A stretch of DNA of 64,000 bases from Blastocystis sp. Blastoise (GCA_039096225.1 JBBPEB010000006.1:1302001-1366000), one strand, 5' to 3'; positions 41,741-53,527 are shown, numbered from the stretch's first letter. The notes: generated by a model from the sequence alone, not told the origin. Numbers and translations are program-made.

Positions 41741-42412
41741 TTAAGATGCAGTAAAGTATATATAAAGATTTGTATTTGATAAATCAATTGGATTATTTAA
41801 TTGATCATATACTTCCCATTGGATATCTGTATATTTACCATCAATACACGGAATAGATAAATCACTGAGAGCAAATGTATTATCAAATCCTTGTTTAGCA
41901 TATAAAGGAATAGAAATTAAATCATTATCTTTATTAATAATATCACAATACACACGTAACATATAGATCTTATACCATGAAATATTATTGGATATATATT
42001 CATCAGTAAATACGATTGTATCACCCGGTGAAAAGTATGATGATTTAATGCCTAAGTATTTAAATAGTCCAGAACTAAGACCACATTCAAACCAATGATT
42101 TGATTTAAAAGTTTTAGTTTCTTTATTATAGCTGAAACCATAAGGTTCTCCTTCAACATAGGATTTCATTTTTTTTCCAATTTCATATAATTGATCTAAA
42201 AAATCTTCTAAAGTATAATTTCCAGCTGGAAATGTATATCTACCAGCATTATCAAAAAACTGAATATTGAATTCAGGAATATTAATGATATCACTTGTAT
42301 TCACTAATGTATTGATATGAGTTATATTTTTACCTACTAAATCCAAAGTATAATTGAATTGTTCATGACAGATTTGACTTGTAATTTTACTTAGATGAGA
42401 TATTGATGTCAT
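41741..42412 (-). CDS. Minor capsid protein (penton, single jelly roll)
   Basis: PAGNYTLEDFL, LRVYCDII and VYDQLNNPIDLS motifs typical of Polinton/PLV pentons; adjacent to MCP and ATPase. Confidence 0.8.
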   Translation of the reverse strand: MTSISHLSKITSQICHEQFNYTLDLVGKNITHINTLVNTSDIINIPEFNIQFFDNAGRYTFPAGNYTLEDFLDQLYEIGKKMKSYVEGEPYGFSYNKETKTFKSNHWFECGLSSGLFKYLGIKSSYFSPGDTIVFTDEYISNNISWYKIYMLRVYCDIINKDNDLISIPLYAKQGFDNTFALSDLSIPCIDGKYTDIQWEVYDQLNNPIDLSNTNLYIYFTAS

Positions 42413-42503
42413 TTTTTATTAAATAAATTAATTATGTATTGATAAACAAAACAATATTTATTAAATTGTATAAATTGATAAAAGAAAATATTAGATAATT
42501 AAA

Positions 42504-43727
42504 TTAATTGGTTGCACCATCTCTAACAAATTTAACAAATATAAAATGAGCATATAAAGTATAAGTACCACTAGTAATATTTGCACCATTATATTCAGTT
42601 AATAAGGAGATATTAACTTCACAACCACTACGAGTATTGACATCAACAACACTTGAAATAGGGAATATATAAATAGGTTGTTCATACCACTTTTCACCAT
42701 TTAAAGGAGATTGAGGATGACTATTACATCTCCAAGTATTATAAAGCATAGCATTAGGAATAATTTGTGATGGATTCGTTGTTTTATATGTAGTAGGGAA
42801 ATCCGTCTTTGGTAAGATATTTTGACCACCAATTTGGAATTGACACATCTTCAATAATTCAGTCTTAATAGGAATCATACTCTTCTCTTGAGTTGTAAAA
42901 TATAGCATACAGTAATCAGGTACGAAAACAACACTTCTATTGGATAAGAATTGTTGTGGAGTTGGTTTACCTGCTGTTGTGAATGTTTGTGAATAAACAG
43001 GTGTAGTAAATGCAGATATTTGACAATTATTAGGAATACATTTAATTAAAGCACGTGGATCATTACCAAAATTAATATCATAAATTTGTTGAAGATGAAT
43101 ATAAACACGATCAAAAGTTAATGCAGTGATTTTAGTGGTTCCAGTAAATAGATTCTTTAAATAATTTGTAACGAATTGCATCTTCAAAGATTTTACTTTA
43201 ATAGCACAATCAAATGTACCAAGACCAGTAATAAGAGATAAAGGAATAATAACTTGAGCTTTAGTAGAACTTTGCATTCCAGAAATACTACTTAATGTTG
43301 TATTATATAAGCATTCTGTCATACTATACATAGATTTATCAATTTCATCTTTACTTAATTCTTTAATAGTAACAAATTTTCTTGCTTTACTGGATTCAAT
43401 AGATGATTCAGAATAATTAATAAGAATATCTTGACCCGTAGGAGATACAAACGTAAGATCTGTAGTAATTTTATCAATAATACTATAGATATTAGAATGT
43501 TGTACAACAGAACTAGTTGTAGCTGCATTTGTTGTAATATTGAAATTCAGTTCTAAGAATGAATTGCTGAAATCAATAAAAGGACTATCCACTGAATTAT
43601 ATAAGAATTCAAATGGATAAGGTTGATTTAATAAATCCTGACTTGTAGAAACTAGAATAGGAATTTGTACAGGTTTAATAGTTTGATTTGCCTTTGAAGG
43701 TAAGAATTGTCTTGGGAATCCTTCCAT
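42504..43727 (-). CDS. Double-jelly-roll major capsid protein, paralog 1
   Basis: 407 aa, beta-rich; FIDFSNSFLELNF, NIYSIID, IPLSLITG, PDYCMLYF, FQIGGQ..P pattern of Polinton-type MCPs. Confidence 0.78.
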   Translation of the reverse strand: MEGFPRQFLPSKANQTIKPVQIPILVSTSQDLLNQPYPFEFLYNSVDSPFIDFSNSFLELNFNITTNAATTSSVVQHSNIYSIIDKITTDLTFVSPTGQDILINYSESSIESSKARKFVTIKELSKDEIDKSMYSMTECLYNTTLSSISGMQSSTKAQVIIPLSLITGLGTFDCAIKVKSLKMQFVTNYLKNLFTGTTKITALTFDRVYIHLQQIYDINFGNDPRALIKCIPNNCQISAFTTPVYSQTFTTAGKPTPQQFLSNRSVVFVPDYCMLYFTTQEKSMIPIKTELLKMCQFQIGGQNILPKTDFPTTYKTTNPSQIIPNAMLYNTWRCNSHPQSPLNGEKWYEQPIYIFPISSVVDVNTRSGCEVNISLLTEYNGANITSGTYTLYAHFIFVKFVRDGATN

Positions 43728-43902
43728 TTTAATAATTATTGTTTATGTATTTTTTTAACAAAATAAAAATAAAATAATAATAATATTTTATAATTATTAA
43801 TTAATTTTAATTTTTATAACAAAACAAATGATTGTATTATAGAATAGAATAGAATTAATTAAACAAGTTAACGTTAAGAATAGTAAGTAAGAAATATTAA
43901 AT

Positions 43903-45375
43903 TTAAATATCACGTACACTACGTACAGCAATCATATGTAATGTATAAGGATGCTTCTCATTTAGTTCAGTATTAATATGTTTATAAATACCAGCATGAG
44001 ATGCTACACTATAAGAAGCACCAGTATCAGGTGTCCATATTTTAGTAGTTTCATTATATGTACATGTATATCCATCAGGAACAGTGGATGAATCAGCATG
44101 TCCATATTCAATATCATGGACATCTAGATTACAATCAAAATTCATTTCTATACCACTATCTGATTGGATATTCATTAATGCTTTAGTTGGAATAATATAA
44201 ATAGGATGTTTAATCCATTCATCATATTTAAGAATAGTTTCAGGATTTGAATTATCAGCCCATAAACAATATAAATTTTTATTAGGACAAGATAAACTAG
44301 CAGTTTCTTCATTATTGAAGACATGACCTTTAGTAGTAAGATTATGATAATACATTTGAGTAGGGAATTCAGTTTGAGGGAACATTTGAACATCACCAAT
44401 CAAACAACTTTGATATTTAGGCCATACAGATGGACTAGCTATATTACTAATAGTTGTTGAACTATAACCATTTGTAAACCAGTATAATATATATTCAGGT
44501 ATAAATGGTAAAGCTCTATTGATATTGAAATGATCACTAGTTATTCTTGTATTTTGATAATCGACTTGAATACATGTAGGTATAGTTTTATATAATTCAT
44601 TCGTTTGGAATTGAATATCTTTATAAGTCATTAAATTCATAGTAGCTGATTCCAATTCAAATGTCTTAAACCATTTTTCATCAGTTAGATGTAACCATTG
44701 TGTTGATAATTTAGCACCACCATTCTTGAAATAAATACTCATATTATTATCAATTAAAGATTCAATTGTACTCGTTCTAAATAGCATATTGAAATGTTTA
44801 GTTAATATTAAAGAATCTCCATCAACACCTAAACCACTAATGAGATATAAAGGAATAGCAATATGAATAGATTGTTTTGGATGTGCACGTATATAACGAA
44901 TAGAATTCAATTCATAAGTATCTGCAGATAAATCTTCACCATACATAGATTTTTCTAAATCATTCTTACTGATATCTTTTAATAAAATCATCTTACGACC
45001 ACGTGAAGCATGTGTACAATTTTCTTCATATTTCAAAGCACGATCAGATCCATCAGGTAATGTATAAACCATTTCAACATCAGTGGAATCAATAATAGAA
45101 TAAATATTAGCTTTCTGAACTAATTGATCCAAGAAATATTGACATAATTGATCATAAGTGAAACTAACAGAAGTACCTGTTTCATCTAAATAAACAGAAA
45201 CTGGTCCTTTTTTATCTGTAACAGTTGCTTTGACAGTAAGATCCAAATAGGATTGATTGAAATTGATATAAGTATTATCCACATTAGTCCAATGATATTG
45301 AAAGATATAAGGACTTGATAGAATATCAGTATCACTTTGAATAGGAATATTATCTTTAATTCTTAAGATTCTCAT
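43903..45375 (-). CDS. Double-jelly-roll major capsid protein, paralog 2
   Basis: 490 aa, colinear with paralog 1 (YINFNQSYLDL, NIYSIID, KSMY, IPLYLISGLG, PEYILYWF, PQTEFPT, PIYIIP) plus insertions. Confidence 0.75.
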   Translation of the reverse strand: MRILRIKDNIPIQSDTDILSSPYIFQYHWTNVDNTYINFNQSYLDLTVKATVTDKKGPVSVYLDETGTSVSFTYDQLCQYFLDQLVQKANIYSIIDSTDVEMVYTLPDGSDRALKYEENCTHASRGRKMILLKDISKNDLEKSMYGEDLSADTYELNSIRYIRAHPKQSIHIAIPLYLISGLGVDGDSLILTKHFNMLFRTSTIESLIDNNMSIYFKNGGAKLSTQWLHLTDEKWFKTFELESATMNLMTYKDIQFQTNELYKTIPTCIQVDYQNTRITSDHFNINRALPFIPEYILYWFTNGYSSTTISNIASPSVWPKYQSCLIGDVQMFPQTEFPTQMYYHNLTTKGHVFNNEETASLSCPNKNLYCLWADNSNPETILKYDEWIKHPIYIIPTKALMNIQSDSGIEMNFDCNLDVHDIEYGHADSSTVPDGYTCTYNETTKIWTPDTGASYSVASHAGIYKHINTELNEKHPYTLHMIAVRSVRDI

Positions 45376-45469
45376 ATTTCTTTTAATTTTAAATAAAATA
45401 TTAATAAATAAATAAAATTAAATAATTTTTATAAATTAATATAAATTATTATTTTATAAATTAGAAAAT

Positions 45470-47908
45470 ATGGAACTTGATGATGATAATTATGAAGAAC
45501 AGACTTCATTAGAAGAGAAGGATACTCGTATTAAAACACATGTAGTCCCTATTGATGTTCGTTGTATTGATAATCAATTCAATATACATTTATCGAATTC
45601 TATTGATATCACTAAAAATATCATTTCTTATATTGATCTTAATTTAATTGGTAGTGAAAGTGTGCCTCTATTTGATACTTTCACAAAAACACAAATATTC
45701 AAATATATAAATACTCGTGTTAATGGAAATAGTAAAGTATACACAATCACTTTAGATCAGAAAAATTATTCAATTCCACAATTATTAGAACTATGTCATT
45801 TTGATGTATGTGATAGACCAGTAATAAAAGATTCTCCTGATATTGATCCTACTGTCAAAATTAATGAATCCCCTACAATAACCATTGATAGAGATGATTG
45901 GTATTGTGAATTCACAATTGCCTATACTAGACGTGGCTTTTATTTCCCAAGAGGAACCTATACAGATATAGAATTTTGGTGGGTTGCTGTATGTTGTGTA
46001 TCAGCTGTATGGAAAAACCCGGTAGGTAATCGAATAATGATGAAATATGATGATGATACTATAACAATATATAGACCTGAAGTCACCACTTATAATATTC
46101 CTGTTACAACAACAGGAACTTATACATTTAATGGATTCTTTACTAATGGAAGTAATGATTATAAAACATATACTGTTTCAACACAAGATAGTGAAAATAA
46201 AATAACTTGTGAAGTAAATGGTGCTCATACATTTTATTTTAATTGGTCAAGTAGTAATATACTCAGTTTAGAAAGGCAATTATTCACTGGTTTGAAAATA
46301 AATAGCAATACATTGGTGTATACTACACCTCAAAAAGAAATTACATTAAATAGAATGAAAAGAACAGTTACAGTTGAAGATAAATATAATAATATGATTA
46401 TTAGACATATAAATAAATATGATGGTAATTATGACACTACATTCACTGTTCCTCCTGGTGACTATACTGAAGATGAATTCTATGATTTATTAGAAAGTTC
46501 AATTAATAATACTATTAAAACAAATTATTTAAGTATATCAAAAGATGCTCAAACTATGGACGATAAGGATGGATATATTTTATATTTATCATTTCAAGAT
46601 ATTGATTCAACATCATGGACATTTACAGCTATCGATATAGAACATTCATTATTTAAGTATCGTGGTGCTCTACATAATATACGTCCTGATCTGGTATATG
46701 ATGAACAAGGATGTTTTGCTTGGCATGTATCTTATGGTAAACAATTATTACCAGATACACCTGTTGATTTGAATACATTAGATTTAGATGGTAATTATAA
46801 GTGTTATACTGATAGTTATCATATAGATTTTTCTCAAGCTCAAGAATTAGGTGAAATCCTAGGATATAATAAATTAGGTCATGATGAAATTATTAATTAT
46901 GGTATTCATAATATTGATAGTAGTCGTCCAAAAGGAATGTTAATAGCTCAATCGAATATAGTAGATAATAGTCAGAATTCTTTATATTCATTCAATGTGA
47001 ATAATTATAAAGGCAATAATGAATTTCATGATATTATGAATATTAATGTGTCTCCTTATTTGAATACAATACAAGATATTACAATACGATATACTGATAA
47101 AAATAAACAATATGTGAATTTCAATAATAATTGTATTTTAAGAGGATTCTTAGAATTCTCAGATACAGTAGATACGATTCAACCAAGTGAAACTATTAAG
47201 AAATTATGTTTGAATTGTCAAACAGCAGACACACAATTCTATGCTGAATATCCTACATTGAATATCCAAAATAAGATCTTAAAAGATATTATTATTCAAA
47301 ATGATACAGATACAATCCAAGCAAATGCATCTAAATTATGTACTGGATATATAAATGGATCTTATTATCCTACATTTAGTTTTCCTTTATCTGATAAATA
47401 TGTTACTTATAGTAATATAAATTCTCCAATCACAATTGATCATCATATAGATTTAAGATTTGATGAATTATTCAAAGGAAATATCATTTGTAATATATGT
47501 GAACCGAATGGTAGTGATATACGTTTCAAAGCTTATGATGAAGTATATTGTGATTTTAGTACGAGTAAGAATTTAATTTATGAATTGAAGAAAACCAATG
47601 TCTATGGATATCAATACTTAACGAATATACAAATTATATCAGTGTATGGTCAATCCACTGATTACTTATATCCTATTTCATTAAGATGTTTTACTAATGA
47701 ATATGAGAATAATATTCATGTTATTGATACTACAAATCTACCTTATTACTATTCTAATGGTATTAAATATGAAGGTATATCGAATAAGATCAATAAGAAT
47801 GTTTATTATTGTAATCGTAAATTATTAAAGTTATTACCTCATGATAATATGTTCTTTATTACTTGTGATTATCCTTGTGTTGTTTTATTAACTATCTCTT
47901 ATATATAA
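45470..47908 (+). CDS. Large penton-like / spike protein with repeated insertion domains
   Basis: 812 aa; repeated PxGxYT..EF motifs (PRGTYTDIEF, PPGDYTEDEFYDLL); QSNIVDN and IRYTDKNKQYVNFN penton-like motifs. Confidence 0.6.
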   Translation: MELDDDNYEEQTSLEEKDTRIKTHVVPIDVRCIDNQFNIHLSNSIDITKNIISYIDLNLIGSESVPLFDTFTKTQIFKYINTRVNGNSKVYTITLDQKNYSIPQLLELCHFDVCDRPVIKDSPDIDPTVKINESPTITIDRDDWYCEFTIAYTRRGFYFPRGTYTDIEFWWVAVCCVSAVWKNPVGNRIMMKYDDDTITIYRPEVTTYNIPVTTTGTYTFNGFFTNGSNDYKTYTVSTQDSENKITCEVNGAHTFYFNWSSSNILSLERQLFTGLKINSNTLVYTTPQKEITLNRMKRTVTVEDKYNNMIIRHINKYDGNYDTTFTVPPGDYTEDEFYDLLESSINNTIKTNYLSISKDAQTMDDKDGYILYLSFQDIDSTSWTFTAIDIEHSLFKYRGALHNIRPDLVYDEQGCFAWHVSYGKQLLPDTPVDLNTLDLDGNYKCYTDSYHIDFSQAQELGEILGYNKLGHDEIINYGIHNIDSSRPKGMLIAQSNIVDNSQNSLYSFNVNNYKGNNEFHDIMNINVSPYLNTIQDITIRYTDKNKQYVNFNNNCILRGFLEFSDTVDTIQPSETIKKLCLNCQTADTQFYAEYPTLNIQNKILKDIIIQNDTDTIQANASKLCTGYINGSYYPTFSFPLSDKYVTYSNINSPITIDHHIDLRFDELFKGNIICNICEPNGSDIRFKAYDEVYCDFSTSKNLIYELKKTNVYGYQYLTNIQIISVYGQSTDYLYPISLRCFTNEYENNIHVIDTTNLPYYYSNGIKYEGISNKINKNVYYCNRKLLKLLPHDNMFFITCDYPCVVLLTISYI

Positions 47909-47977
47909 ATATTTTAATTCATTTCATTTAAATTAAAAAATGTTTTGTTATATTATTCATTTAAAAATTATTAAAAA

Positions 47978-48400
47978 ATGGAGCCTAAATCTGTATCTGA
48001 ATCCTTACATTCTTTATCAAGTACAAGTTCAACAAGTTCAGATAGTTCAACAACAACCACATTATCAGAAGAAGAAATAGAAAAGAAAAATACTTTATTA
48101 GAATTTATTATAAAAGCTATAAAATGTTTATTTGAGAAATCAACTGAATTCTTTCAATTAATTGTTAAAAATATAGATATTCATTGTAATTGTTGTAATC
48201 CACAAACAAAGAAAGTCTATTATAAGACAATGAAAATACAACAAACTATTATAGAAGAAGAAGTCAAACATATATCAGAAGTCTTGAATGAATTAGAAGA
48301 AATTGATTCTAATCAAAATGAATCAATACAAGAATTAGCTGTTCAATTAATGAAATTAAATATAAGTGTTGATTCTATTGTTCAATCTCTTCATTTATAA
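47978..48400 (+). CDS. Hypothetical viral protein (Ser/Thr-rich N-terminus, HCNCC cluster, coiled coil)
   Basis: 140-aa ATG ORF followed by the 3' motif at 48436. Confidence 0.7.
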   Translation: MEPKSVSESLHSLSSTSSTSSDSSTTTTLSEEEIEKKNTLLEFIIKAIKCLFEKSTEFFQLIVKNIDIHCNCCNPQTKKVYYKTMKIQQTIIEEEVKHISEVLNELEEIDSNQNESIQELAVQLMKLNISVDSIVQSLHL

Positions 48401-48467
48401 TTCTATGAAATGTTATAAAATATTAATAATAAATTTGTTTTGTTTATAAATAATTTAATTTTTAATA

Positions 48468-50264
48468 ATGCAATCAACAGGTTATTCAGATAAAGATTGT
48501 GAAGAATTCTTTACAAATTGTATAGATCAATTATTACATTGGAAGAAAATACAATTATCAACAAGTATAAATTGGAAGAAATGGATCAAGACAATATGTA
48601 AGAAATTTCGTAATGAAGAACGAATTCAAATAGATGATATGGAAGAACCGTTCTTTTGTGTAGAAGTGTTAACAGATCCATTTCAATTTCAAAATGTTAT
48701 GCAACATACACAAACAGAAGCTCCTGGACAACAAGGTGGATTATCCAATACTACTGTAGCTAATTATATGCAAATGATTACTTATATAATGAAGAATATA
48801 TCTATTTGTACAGATGATGAAGATATCATTAATTATAAAGCATTTACTCCACAAAATATAAAGAAATGGGAACATTTATGGGGTTCTTTACAAATTGATG
48901 CTACTTATTCAAGACATTATGAAATCACTCAGAAAATTATTAATTGTGAAGCTGATTGGGGAGAAATCATTAATATCACCAAAAAGAATTATTTAGAGAA
49001 TCCTAATGATTTATATTATGTGAATAGTTATTTATTAGTTTTAACTTATGATACATTATGTGCTCGTAATGATTATAATGATTGTGTAATCTATACTCGT
49101 GGTCAACAAATTCCTTTATCCTTAAGAAGAACAACTAATTATATTGATTTAAATACTTTGACTATTCATGTGAATGATACAAAGAATCGATTTGAAATTG
49201 GTAAGAATGAATATCCTACTTATCAATATTTATCAGAAGAATATTTGAATGTCTTAGCTAGATCCTTACGTTTATTTCCAAGACATTATTTATTTGTTAC
49301 TGAGAATGGTGGTAAAGTACGTGATTTGAAATTTGGTGATGAATATATAAAACCCCATTTAGGCTGGATTTATAAAACACAACAGAATAATTCTTTAATT
49401 AATGGTTGTGATATTATAAGACATTTATTTGCTCAATATTATTATAGATTATCAAGAGAAGCACAATTCCAACATAATGATTCAGAACACGAATCTAAAG
49501 GTGTAGAACTCTTTGAAAATTCGATTATGAAGATGTTACATAGTCAATCAACACATATGGAAAATTATATATCTCCTTATTTATCTTCTCATTCAACTAA
49601 ATTGCAAGATTTAGATAATAAAACAAGAACATTTCATATTGATATGAATAATATTACTTATACAAGAGAAATTAATCAATTGAATAAATTATTATTTTTA
49701 TGTAAACGATTTAATGATCGTATAGAACAATATGAAGAAGACTATGAAGATGTATTTGGTAAAGAGAATTTCAATATGAAATCAGAATCCATATTAAGTA
49801 GTCTAGAACAATATTCATCAGATAATGATACTATAATGATTACATTAAGATATTATAAAGATCTATTAAAGCATCATTATCCAGATAAAACAGATTTAGA
49901 AAATGAATTACCTGTAGGATGTTCATTAGAATCTGAAGAAGTTCCAGAGAATTCTAGAGATCGTTATAATCGTTTTATACGTAATAAACAATTATTACCT
50001 GATCATTTACATAATAATACAACGGATTCAGAATTAACGAATACTCAAGCATCTCTTATGCAACAGAATACTCAAGATGAAAACTCTACACCTATAGTTA
50101 TGAATAATTCAGATACTTATGCATTACGTAGTCTTTCTACTATGCCTCCTTTAGAGCCTATTCATCGTGGTCATGGTTTATGTAGAAAACATAAAGGTAA
50201 TGCATTCTTTAAAGTCAAAGTCCCTAAAAAACATTTTCATGGAATTCAATTTAAATTTTATTAA
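48468..50264 (+). CDS. Tyrosine recombinase 1 (long form, C-terminal extension)
   Basis: Catalytic pattern R (CARNDY), K (DTKN), IIRH, H...Y (MLHSQSTHMENY). Confidence 0.78.
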   Translation: MQSTGYSDKDCEEFFTNCIDQLLHWKKIQLSTSINWKKWIKTICKKFRNEERIQIDDMEEPFFCVEVLTDPFQFQNVMQHTQTEAPGQQGGLSNTTVANYMQMITYIMKNISICTDDEDIINYKAFTPQNIKKWEHLWGSLQIDATYSRHYEITQKIINCEADWGEIINITKKNYLENPNDLYYVNSYLLVLTYDTLCARNDYNDCVIYTRGQQIPLSLRRTTNYIDLNTLTIHVNDTKNRFEIGKNEYPTYQYLSEEYLNVLARSLRLFPRHYLFVTENGGKVRDLKFGDEYIKPHLGWIYKTQQNNSLINGCDIIRHLFAQYYYRLSREAQFQHNDSEHESKGVELFENSIMKMLHSQSTHMENYISPYLSSHSTKLQDLDNKTRTFHIDMNNITYTREINQLNKLLFLCKRFNDRIEQYEEDYEDVFGKENFNMKSESILSSLEQYSSDNDTIMITLRYYKDLLKHHYPDKTDLENELPVGCSLESEEVPENSRDRYNRFIRNKQLLPDHLHNNTTDSELTNTQASLMQQNTQDENSTPIVMNNSDTYALRSLSTMPPLEPIHRGHGLCRKHKGNAFFKVKVPKKHFHGIQFKFY

Positions 50265-50308
50265 TTTTAAAACAAAACAACTTTTTATAGTAAAAAATAA
50301 ATATATAT

Positions 50309-53300
50309 TTAATTTGGTATAGCATATAAAGTATTATCTATTAAAATTCGTTTTGTTGATGACGTATTATGATATTGATCTTCACTATAAACAATTTCTT
50401 CTTTTTTAGATAAACAATTGGATAAACAGAATAAATCTGTATCTACACATTCATTATAAGTATTATCAATCATTAAACCACAAATACCAATAGCATTCCC
50501 TCCCTTATAAAAATTTGAAGTATGTTTTCTATGAATATTCACAATATCTATAGAATTAAATGTATCTTTACTACTTAAACAACCAAATAAAGCATTTGTA
50601 AATTTATCTAAATCTTTCTTAATCGTAAATTGATTATTATTATTCACTTTCTTATAACTATTAAAAATATCTTCAATAGTAACTACATTCAAATAATAAG
50701 GATCTATAGTAATATGGTTATCAACAAAAGATTTCAAATCATATCCTTCTGTACTACGATCAAAGAATCGTTTCTTACATTCACTTATATGATATTCATT
50801 ATCTAATTCATGCATATCTAATTGCATACTAGAATAGAAATAATTACTTACTAGATAACTAAAGATAATTGAACGATTCTGATAGAATTTATCGGATAGA
50901 GTATAATCCATTTCATAATGATTTGGTTTCAATCTCTTTTCTACTGTCTGTTTACGTTTCGGTAAATTATGATCTACATAATCTTCATATAAATTAGCAT
51001 TACCAGGAGGGAAATAACGACAACATGAAGGTAAGAAACACACTCTTCTTTCAATAGGACCAGCATTCACAGCTGTAGGTTGGATATTACTTGTCATAAA
51101 TAAAGTACCCGTGAAATGAACTTTTGTAAATATATTACTGAATAATTTACGAGCACTAGCACCTTCTTTCTTTTCTGCTATTTCTTTAAAGACTTTAGAA
51201 GAGAATGGATTGAATGTTTTCTTTCTACCAGTAACATCTTCTTCTATTAATTCATTCATATAATACATAGTCTTATTAGACATATCTACAATCTTAGGAG
51301 CTATAGATGTTTCTTCTAAATTATCTGGATTTACTATAATACATTGATTACTACCTACAATACGAGAAATTAAATCAGTTGTTATTGTTTTACCATTACT
51401 ACCTGTACTACCATATAATATATAAGAAACTGTTTTCTGAGTATTGACATAGAAAGCAGTGGTTAGGATACGTAACATAATACTTTCATATTTCTTATCG
51501 AATTCACAATATCTTGCAATATGTTGTTCAAATAATTGGATAATATCTTTCTGTTCATTATTAATATTCCAACTTACATTAAATTCAGTATCAATTAATA
51601 AATCTTCAAACACCATATCTTCTTTATGATATGGTTGGATATAATATTGTCTAGGATCTTCTTCTGTTGATTCTTTTGGATATAAATAACCAAGTTGTGT
51701 ATAGATAACACGTTCTTTATGAACCATATACGTATCTAAATATTCTTTATAAGATTTACCATAAGTCTTCAAATAACGATTCAACCATTCTTTATAATGA
51801 TATTCATTAGTAACAGAAGCAGACATTATTTTATCAACTATTTTTTGATGTTGTTCATTCTCTTTGGAATATAATCTTGATAGTTTGAATTTCTCTACAA
51901 TCGATTTCATAAATGTAGTTATTTTGGTTTCAAAGAAATTAATATCATAATTATTCTTACAACGTCTTAAGATATTATATTCATCAAATGTATATAAGAT
52001 AAAATTATCTTTATCTAATATAATAGATACAATTTCATTAAATTCTAATAATTGAAATAACATAACTAATGTTTGTGAATCTACAAGATTAAAGGATTGA
52101 ATACATTCTAAAATAGACATAAATATGAAATCATTATCATCATCTTTATTAAATAATTTATTATCCATTAATATCTTCAAAATATAATTATTCGATAAAT
52201 GAGTAGGATCAACTTGTATATGATTCCATGTAGATTCAATTACATCATCACTTCGATCATGACCATAACGTAATGAATAATTTTTAAATAATTCTAATCC
52301 TCTTGTTGTATTACAAATCTGTTTTGCTGCACAACATAATTTATACCAAGTATTATGGGATTCAAAATAATTCATATCTTCAATAGAACCAATCAATAAT
52401 AAATATCGTTCTAATAAAGCTTCTTTAGATGCTGTAGTATCCAATATAGTATCTGTAGAAATCAACATAGGAATATCTTTAATATCTTGTATAGAACATA
52501 ATATAGTACGTGAACAATTATTTAATCTTGCATAATAACGTTTATAACGTGAATATTGTTTTAATTTAGAAAAGATAATAGGATTAATAATATCACTTAT
52601 AAGATCATCTTCATTCTTATAATTCAATAATGTTTTGAAATAATAATGTTCATCGATTTTGCCTTCTATTTTCTTCCATGATTTATTGGTATATTCTTCA
52701 TATAATTTATAAGTAGATGGGGAATTATCTTTACTACAACCAAGAAACATACAACCATTATTCTTTCTGGGTTTACCAATAACATTATAATCAATGAATT
52801 CTTTTATATCTAAATTATTCATTTTAAATAAATCAACCAATTTGGTATTCAGAATCATACTATTATATAAGAAAAATAAATAATCACCATTTACAAACCA
52901 ATTTGTATATATATGAATTCCCCATGAATAATGTATTTCATTATGAACTGTCTTCTTATTCACTTCTTTCTTTGTATACACAAGCGAAATAAATTCTTGA
53001 TTATAATAATGAATACAATGATTACACATTTCTTCTATAAATTCATGAATAAAAGAATCTGTTAGAAAAGAAAAATCATTTGATATTTGGTGATAATCTA
53101 AATCAAACCATAATCTTCTATAATTAGTTGATGTATTACAAGGAGTACAATCAATATAATGTAATAATTCTTTTTGATTTTGGTAATTAGTAAATAGACT
53201 TTTATAAAATGGTAATGGATTTGGTATAATAATTTCACTATGATTATCTTTTGAGTTATCATGATTAAAGGAACCAAAAGTATAAACAAAATGAATTTGT

Positions 53301-53311
53301 GAATTTTCCAT
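50309..53311 (-). CDS. AEP primase-PriCT2-SF3 helicase (D5-like) fusion
   Basis: AEP DxD (WFDLDY) and GIHIY; PriCT-2-like TWYKLCCAAK...STW; Walker A GSTGSNGKT, Walker B YMNE, sensor MTSN. Confidence 0.9.
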   Translation of the reverse strand: MENSQIHFVYTFGSFNHDNSKDNHSEIIIPNPLPFYKSLFTNYQNQKELLHYIDCTPCNTSTNYRRLWFDLDYHQISNDFSFLTDSFIHEFIEEMCNHCIHYYNQEFISLVYTKKEVNKKTVHNEIHYSWGIHIYTNWFVNGDYLFFLYNSMILNTKLVDLFKMNNLDIKEFIDYNVIGKPRKNNGCMFLGCSKDNSPSTYKLYEEYTNKSWKKIEGKIDEHYYFKTLLNYKNEDDLISDIINPIIFSKLKQYSRYKRYYARLNNCSRTILCSIQDIKDIPMLISTDTILDTTASKEALLERYLLLIGSIEDMNYFESHNTWYKLCCAAKQICNTTRGLELFKNYSLRYGHDRSDDVIESTWNHIQVDPTHLSNNYILKILMDNKLFNKDDDNDFIFMSILECIQSFNLVDSQTLVMLFQLLEFNEIVSIILDKDNFILYTFDEYNILRRCKNNYDINFFETKITTFMKSIVEKFKLSRLYSKENEQHQKIVDKIMSASVTNEYHYKEWLNRYLKTYGKSYKEYLDTYMVHKERVIYTQLGYLYPKESTEEDPRQYYIQPYHKEDMVFEDLLIDTEFNVSWNINNEQKDIIQLFEQHIARYCEFDKKYESIMLRILTTAFYVNTQKTVSYILYGSTGSNGKTITTDLISRIVGSNQCIIVNPDNLEETSIAPKIVDMSNKTMYYMNELIEEDVTGRKKTFNPFSSKVFKEIAEKKEGASARKLFSNIFTKVHFTGTLFMTSNIQPTAVNAGPIERRVCFLPSCCRYFPPGNANLYEDYVDHNLPKRKQTVEKRLKPNHYEMDYTLSDKFYQNRSIIFSYLVSNYFYSSMQLDMHELDNEYHISECKKRFFDRSTEGYDLKSFVDNHITIDPYYLNVVTIEDIFNSYKKVNNNNQFTIKKDLDKFTNALFGCLSSKDTFNSIDIVNIHRKHTSNFYKGGNAIGICGLMIDNTYNECVDTDLFCLSNCLSKKEEIVYSEDQYHNTSSTKRILIDNTLYAIPN

Positions 53312-53379
53312 GATTATTTGACTTATAAATAATGAAAATAATTATAATACAACATTTAAAACAAATAATATATTAAAGA

Positions 53380-53527
53380 TTCTAGAAGTCAGTTTTAGAA
53401 GCTTCTAGAACCTTCTAGAACATTCAGGAACATTCTAGAACATTCTATAATAGTAAATATTACTTTATATTTTTAAATGTTCTAGAACCTTCGAGAACCT
53501 TCGAGAACCTTCTAGAACCTTCTAGAA
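53380..53527. promoter_or_regulatory. Two heat-shock-element-like arrays (10 nGAAn units each) upstream of the primase-helicase
   Basis: 53398-53445 and 53480-53527: perfectly alternating GAAnnTTCnnGAA. Confidence 0.75.

Noticed and set aside
53380-53527. CRISPR-like or simple satellite reading of the TTCTAGAA repeats
   Set aside because: 10-bp period with no unique spacers, no cas genes, eukaryotic context; the pattern and position fit HSEs.
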